DNA of 29,262 nucleotides from an uncultured delta proteobacterium (GTDB taxonomy: Bacteria; Desulfobacterota; Desulfobacteria; Desulfobacterales; UBA2156). The stretch is from NCBI GenBank assembly GCA_963736855.1, contig CAVTQK010000011.1, positions 1 to 29,262 of the forward strand. Direction: 5' to 3'. The notes beneath the pieces are model-generated. The model worked only from the letters and a program-made list of their open reading frames with translations. It ran no database searches and had not been told where the DNA came from. This document shows, piece by piece, positions 28,726 to 29,262 of this stretch; positions within the stretch are counted from its first letter, which is position 1, and the number at the start of each line of letters is the position of its first letter. Made by a program: the position numbers and the translations under genes.

Positions 28726-29262
28726 TTAGTGACTACAATATTTCTTGTATTTTTTACCGCTGCCGCACGGGCATGGATCGTTTCTTCCTACCTTTTTCTG
28801 ATCTCGTCGCACCGGTTCTTTTCTGGTCTCCTTCGTCACCGCCGGACAAATAAGCGTCTGTTCCTTGGGCTTTTGCAGCTCCGAAAGACTTTCCGGTTGT
28901 GCGATCTCAATACGAAACAGGATTCCAAGCGTCTCTTCCTGACCCGGGGAAATCACGTCGGAAAACAGCCCGAAACCCTCTTTCTTATAAACCAATAGAG
29001 GATCCTGCTGGGCATATCCCCGAAGGCCGATTCCCTCTTTGAGATGGTCCATGCTGAGCAGATGGTCTTTCCATAGATGGTCCACGGTCTGGAGCATAAC
29101 GATGCGTTCGAATTCCCGACACTGTTCGACGCCTATGGCCTTTTCCCGCGTCTCATAGACTTCGAGTGCGTGCTTAGTTATGGTTTCAGCCAGCCCTATC
29201 GGGATCTTCTCCCTCCAATATTCCATCGCCTACATCGAGTTGAAAATTGAACTGCTTGAATA
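28726..29262 (-). CDS. secA: Preprotein translocase subunit SecA, C-terminal part (5'-truncated by window edge; indels present)
   Basis: [47 protein letters not shown] and SEC-C motif [17 protein letters not shown]. Confidence 0.96.

Noticed and set aside
28726..28770. Variant SEC-C motif in SecA (KKYC instead of KxCC/KxCH)
   Set aside because: Lies in a region with evident base-call errors; cannot be distinguished from an artefact.
1..29262. CRISPR array, prophage, integrase, transposase or defence system
   Set aside because: No regularly spaced repeats and no ORFs with such motifs were seen.

Overview
Chromosomal window from an anaerobic deltaproteobacterium, probably a Desulfobacterales-like sulfate reducer or syntroph (inferred from gene content and the intergenic repeat type). 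Many genes, including essential secA, carry single-base indels, most consistent with an uncorrected long-read assembly; split ORFs are therefore reported as joined genes. About the first 22 kb is mostly a Mo/W-Se metalloenzyme neighbourhood. It holds an ATP-dependent activase, a Mop/TOBE molbindin, a yedE-yedF-DUF3343-kinase-like putative selenium-trafficking cluster, kdsB, a giant CoA-activase/DUF2229 protein, an FmdE-molybdopterin-binding fusion and two TOBE-less ModE-like regulators. These regulators flank a Tat-exported selenocysteine formate dehydrogenase operon (fdhAB-fdhE; in-frame UGA plus SECIS). Next comes a xanthine-oxidase-family operon whose large subunit resembles 4-hydroxybenzoyl-CoA reductase alpha but whose FAD subunit lacks the HcrB [4Fe-4S] insert, headed by an unknown ORF. 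A shared spaced palindrome (TTRTRTY-N6-RACATAW) lies upstream of all three Mo/W-related units and is a candidate operator for the ModE-like regulators. The right end is housekeeping: DUF4388/cNMP protein, PfkB kinase, hinT, aat, clpA, clpS, a MITE/REP-like repeat and the 3' end of secA. No rRNA, tRNA or CRISPR array was seen.
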